This document shows, piece after piece, positions 62,244-64,000 of a stretch of 64,000 bases of DNA; the first letter of the stretch is position 1, and each line of letters opens with the position of its first letter. The position numbers were made by a program, and so were the translations under genes. The notes under the pieces were generated by a model. It saw only the letters and a program-made list of their open reading frames with translations. It had not been told where the DNA came from and ran no database searches. This stretch comes from Azolla caroliniana (taxonomy: Eukaryota; Plantae; Polypodiophyta). Location of the stretch: positions 4,588,001-4,652,000 of the forward strand of contig JBHGNT010000006.1 of the NCBI GenBank assembly GCA_043228905.1, written 5' to 3'.

Positions 62244-64000
62244 TGTTGGGATTACGGTCCCTCCGGATGGGATGGTCGGATGTCCGGGAATCGGGAATGA
62301 AGACCCGAATGAGGAGTACCCGGTATCGGAGCCGGATGATGAAGACCCGGTTCCGGATCCGGATGATGAAGACCCCAGCTACGGAGCCGGATGACGAATG
62401 TACCCGGAGAGAGATCCGGATACGGGGACATATTTGTGAATATGTTTGCCAAGGGCCCTTGAGGCTATATTTGTAAATAGCCCGAAAGTCATATGTGTAT
62501 AAATATCACTTAGGGCAAACAGTTTTGTTGTTGTTACTCATTTTTTCTGTTCTCCACTTAGAGGGAGCTAAGTGAGAGCAGCAGAGAGAGAGAGAAAGGA
62601 AGAGGTCGACGCCTCTGTGTAATACCGCCGCCTGTGGCGAGGACAGCGAGCTCAAGGTCGTCGCCTTGCAGCTCGCCATTGTACATTCCCTGCGTATAGT
62701 GATAGTTGGAGTCTTGCACTCCCGTGGTTTTTTTTCGTCTAGGGTTTTCCACGCTAAACCCTGTGCATTCGAGTCCCTCTCTGTGTTTTGTTTTCTGCTG
62801 CATTGATTCGTGTTTCCTCGGTTGTGGCCGAGAGGTGAAGGTTTAGAAAGCGTCAATTTCTAACGATCTGGTATCAGAGCGACTGCAGTGCAGAAAATGG
62901 AAGGCGGCAGCAGCGGGCAGCTGGGGATGATGGTGCTGAATGCGCAGAACTACGCCAACTGGAAGATAAAGATGGAGGATCTGCTCATTGTTCGGGACCT
63001 GTATGAACCGATCGACAGGTCGGAAATACCCAAGGGGGTACTTGAGATGGAATGGAGGCTTCTGAACCGGAAAGCCGTTGCAACCATTCGGCAATACGTC
63101 GACGTGAGCGTTCTACAACATGTGGCGAACGACACCAACGCATATGAGATGTGGCAGAAGCTGTCGGGCCTCTACGAGAGGAAGAATGCGTTGAACCGGA
63201 CCTCCCTGATGAGGAAGATAGTGAACCTCAAGTACCGGGACGGCGAGAGTATGGTGGAACACGTAAGCACGTTCATGGGATTCGTGAACCAGCTTGCGGC
63301 GATCAAGTTCCCGTTGGAGGATGCAATGCAAGCCATCATCCTGATGTGTACATTGCCGGCAAGCTGGGAGAACTTGGTGGTGACTCTCAGCACCTCCTGC
63401 ACCGAAGATAACTTGTCCCTACAAACGGTAAAGACAAGCATTTTGAACGAAGAAGCGCGTCGGAGAGATAAAGAACCGGCCTCCGATCCGAAGATGCTGC
63501 TTACCGAATCGGATCGGGGAAGACAACGGAACCGGAGTCCACAAAGACGGGAGAAGTCGGGGACCCAGTCGCAGTCAAGAGGAAGGCCCACATGCTTCCA
63601 CTGTGGGAAGCCGGGGCATTTCCGAAAGAATTGTCGGCATTACCGAAAAATCAACGGAGCCGACGACACCGATTCGAAGAAGTCTTCGGAATGGAACGGT
63701 GCTTACCGGGGAGCCACGGACCGGAATGGTTCGGATCGGCGAGAGCAGGACCGGAAAGGAACGACGGCACTCGCGGGAAGTGAAGAGGAGATCATGCTCA
63801 TCACCGAAGAAGGTGAACTAAACATTGCCGGCGATGAGACTACCTGGGTGGTCGATTCCGGAGCGTTGTTCCACCTGACCCCGGAAAGAAGATACTTCTC
63901 ATCCTACATAGCCGGTGAGCATGGCTGTGTTCGGATGGGAAATGAAGGTACGTGCCGGATTGCCGGCATAGGAGACGTGTGGCTGACAACCTCGACCGGA
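62244..64000 (+). mobile_element. Ty1/Copia element 'D' (Tnt1/Tork-like), runs off the window
   Basis: 5' LTR TGTTGGG 62244 to ~62865; PBS TGGTATCAGAGC 62869-62880; interrupts the 3' LTR of B after GAAAG. Confidence 0.92.
62897..64000 (+). CDS. gag-pol: Copia D gag-pol N-terminus (open to the window end)
   Basis: MEGG...LNAQNYANWKIKMEDLL...TLPASWENLVVTL...CFHCGKPGHFRKNC...WVVDSGALFHLTP with no stop seen. Confidence 0.9.
   Translation, partial: MEGGSSGQLGMMVLNAQNYANWKIKMEDLLIVRDLYEPIDRSEIPKGVLEMEWRLLNRKAVATIRQYVDVSVLQHVANDTNAYEMWQKLSGLYERKNALNRTSLMRKIVNLKYRDGESMVEHVSTFMGFVNQLAAIKFPLEDAMQAIILMCTLPASWENLVVTLSTSCTEDNLSLQTVKTSILNEEARRRDKEPASDPKMLLTESDRGRQRNRSPQRREKSGTQSQSRGRPTCFHCGKPGHFRKNCRHYRKINGADDTDSKKSSEWNGAYRGATDRNGSDRREQDRKGTTALAGSEEEIMLITEEGELNIAGDETTWVVDSGALFHLTPERRYFSSYIAGEHGCVRMGNEGTCRIAGIGDVWLTTSTG

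Overview
Eukaryotic land-plant nuclear DNA, probably a fern (inferred from the style of the PLS-PPR gene and the non-chromovirus Gypsy type; not provable from this window). It holds four well-supported host genes: an intronless PLS/E-class PPR gene (1681-4224 +), a 10-exon nucleoplasmin-domain/FKBP53-like gene with a U12-type intron (6058-8758 +), a 4-exon LSm5 gene (25050-28348 +) and a 3-exon clade-C PP2C gene (41731-35984 -). There is also a decaying tRNA-Ser(GCT). Roughly half of the window is retroelements: a Copia inside an L1-type LINE, three copies of one L1-type family and RTE-group LINEs that sit at (GA)n/(TC)n tracts, a solo LTR, a TRIM-like element, and a LINE/Gypsy/Gypsy/Copia nest from ~45.6 kb to the end. 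The main observations are: (1) apparent GA-microsatellite targeting by two unrelated LINE families in opposite orientations; (2) a conserved -1 frameshift heptamer plus pseudoknot between Gag-protease and RT in a tRNA-Trp-primed Gypsy family with a 4-bp TSD; (3) a U12 intron containing a duplicated acceptor that would create a premature stop; (4) a 620-bp foldback; (5) a possible inversion with a breakpoint at an LTR hairpin. All coordinates were read by eye, so approximate ends may be off by a few bases.
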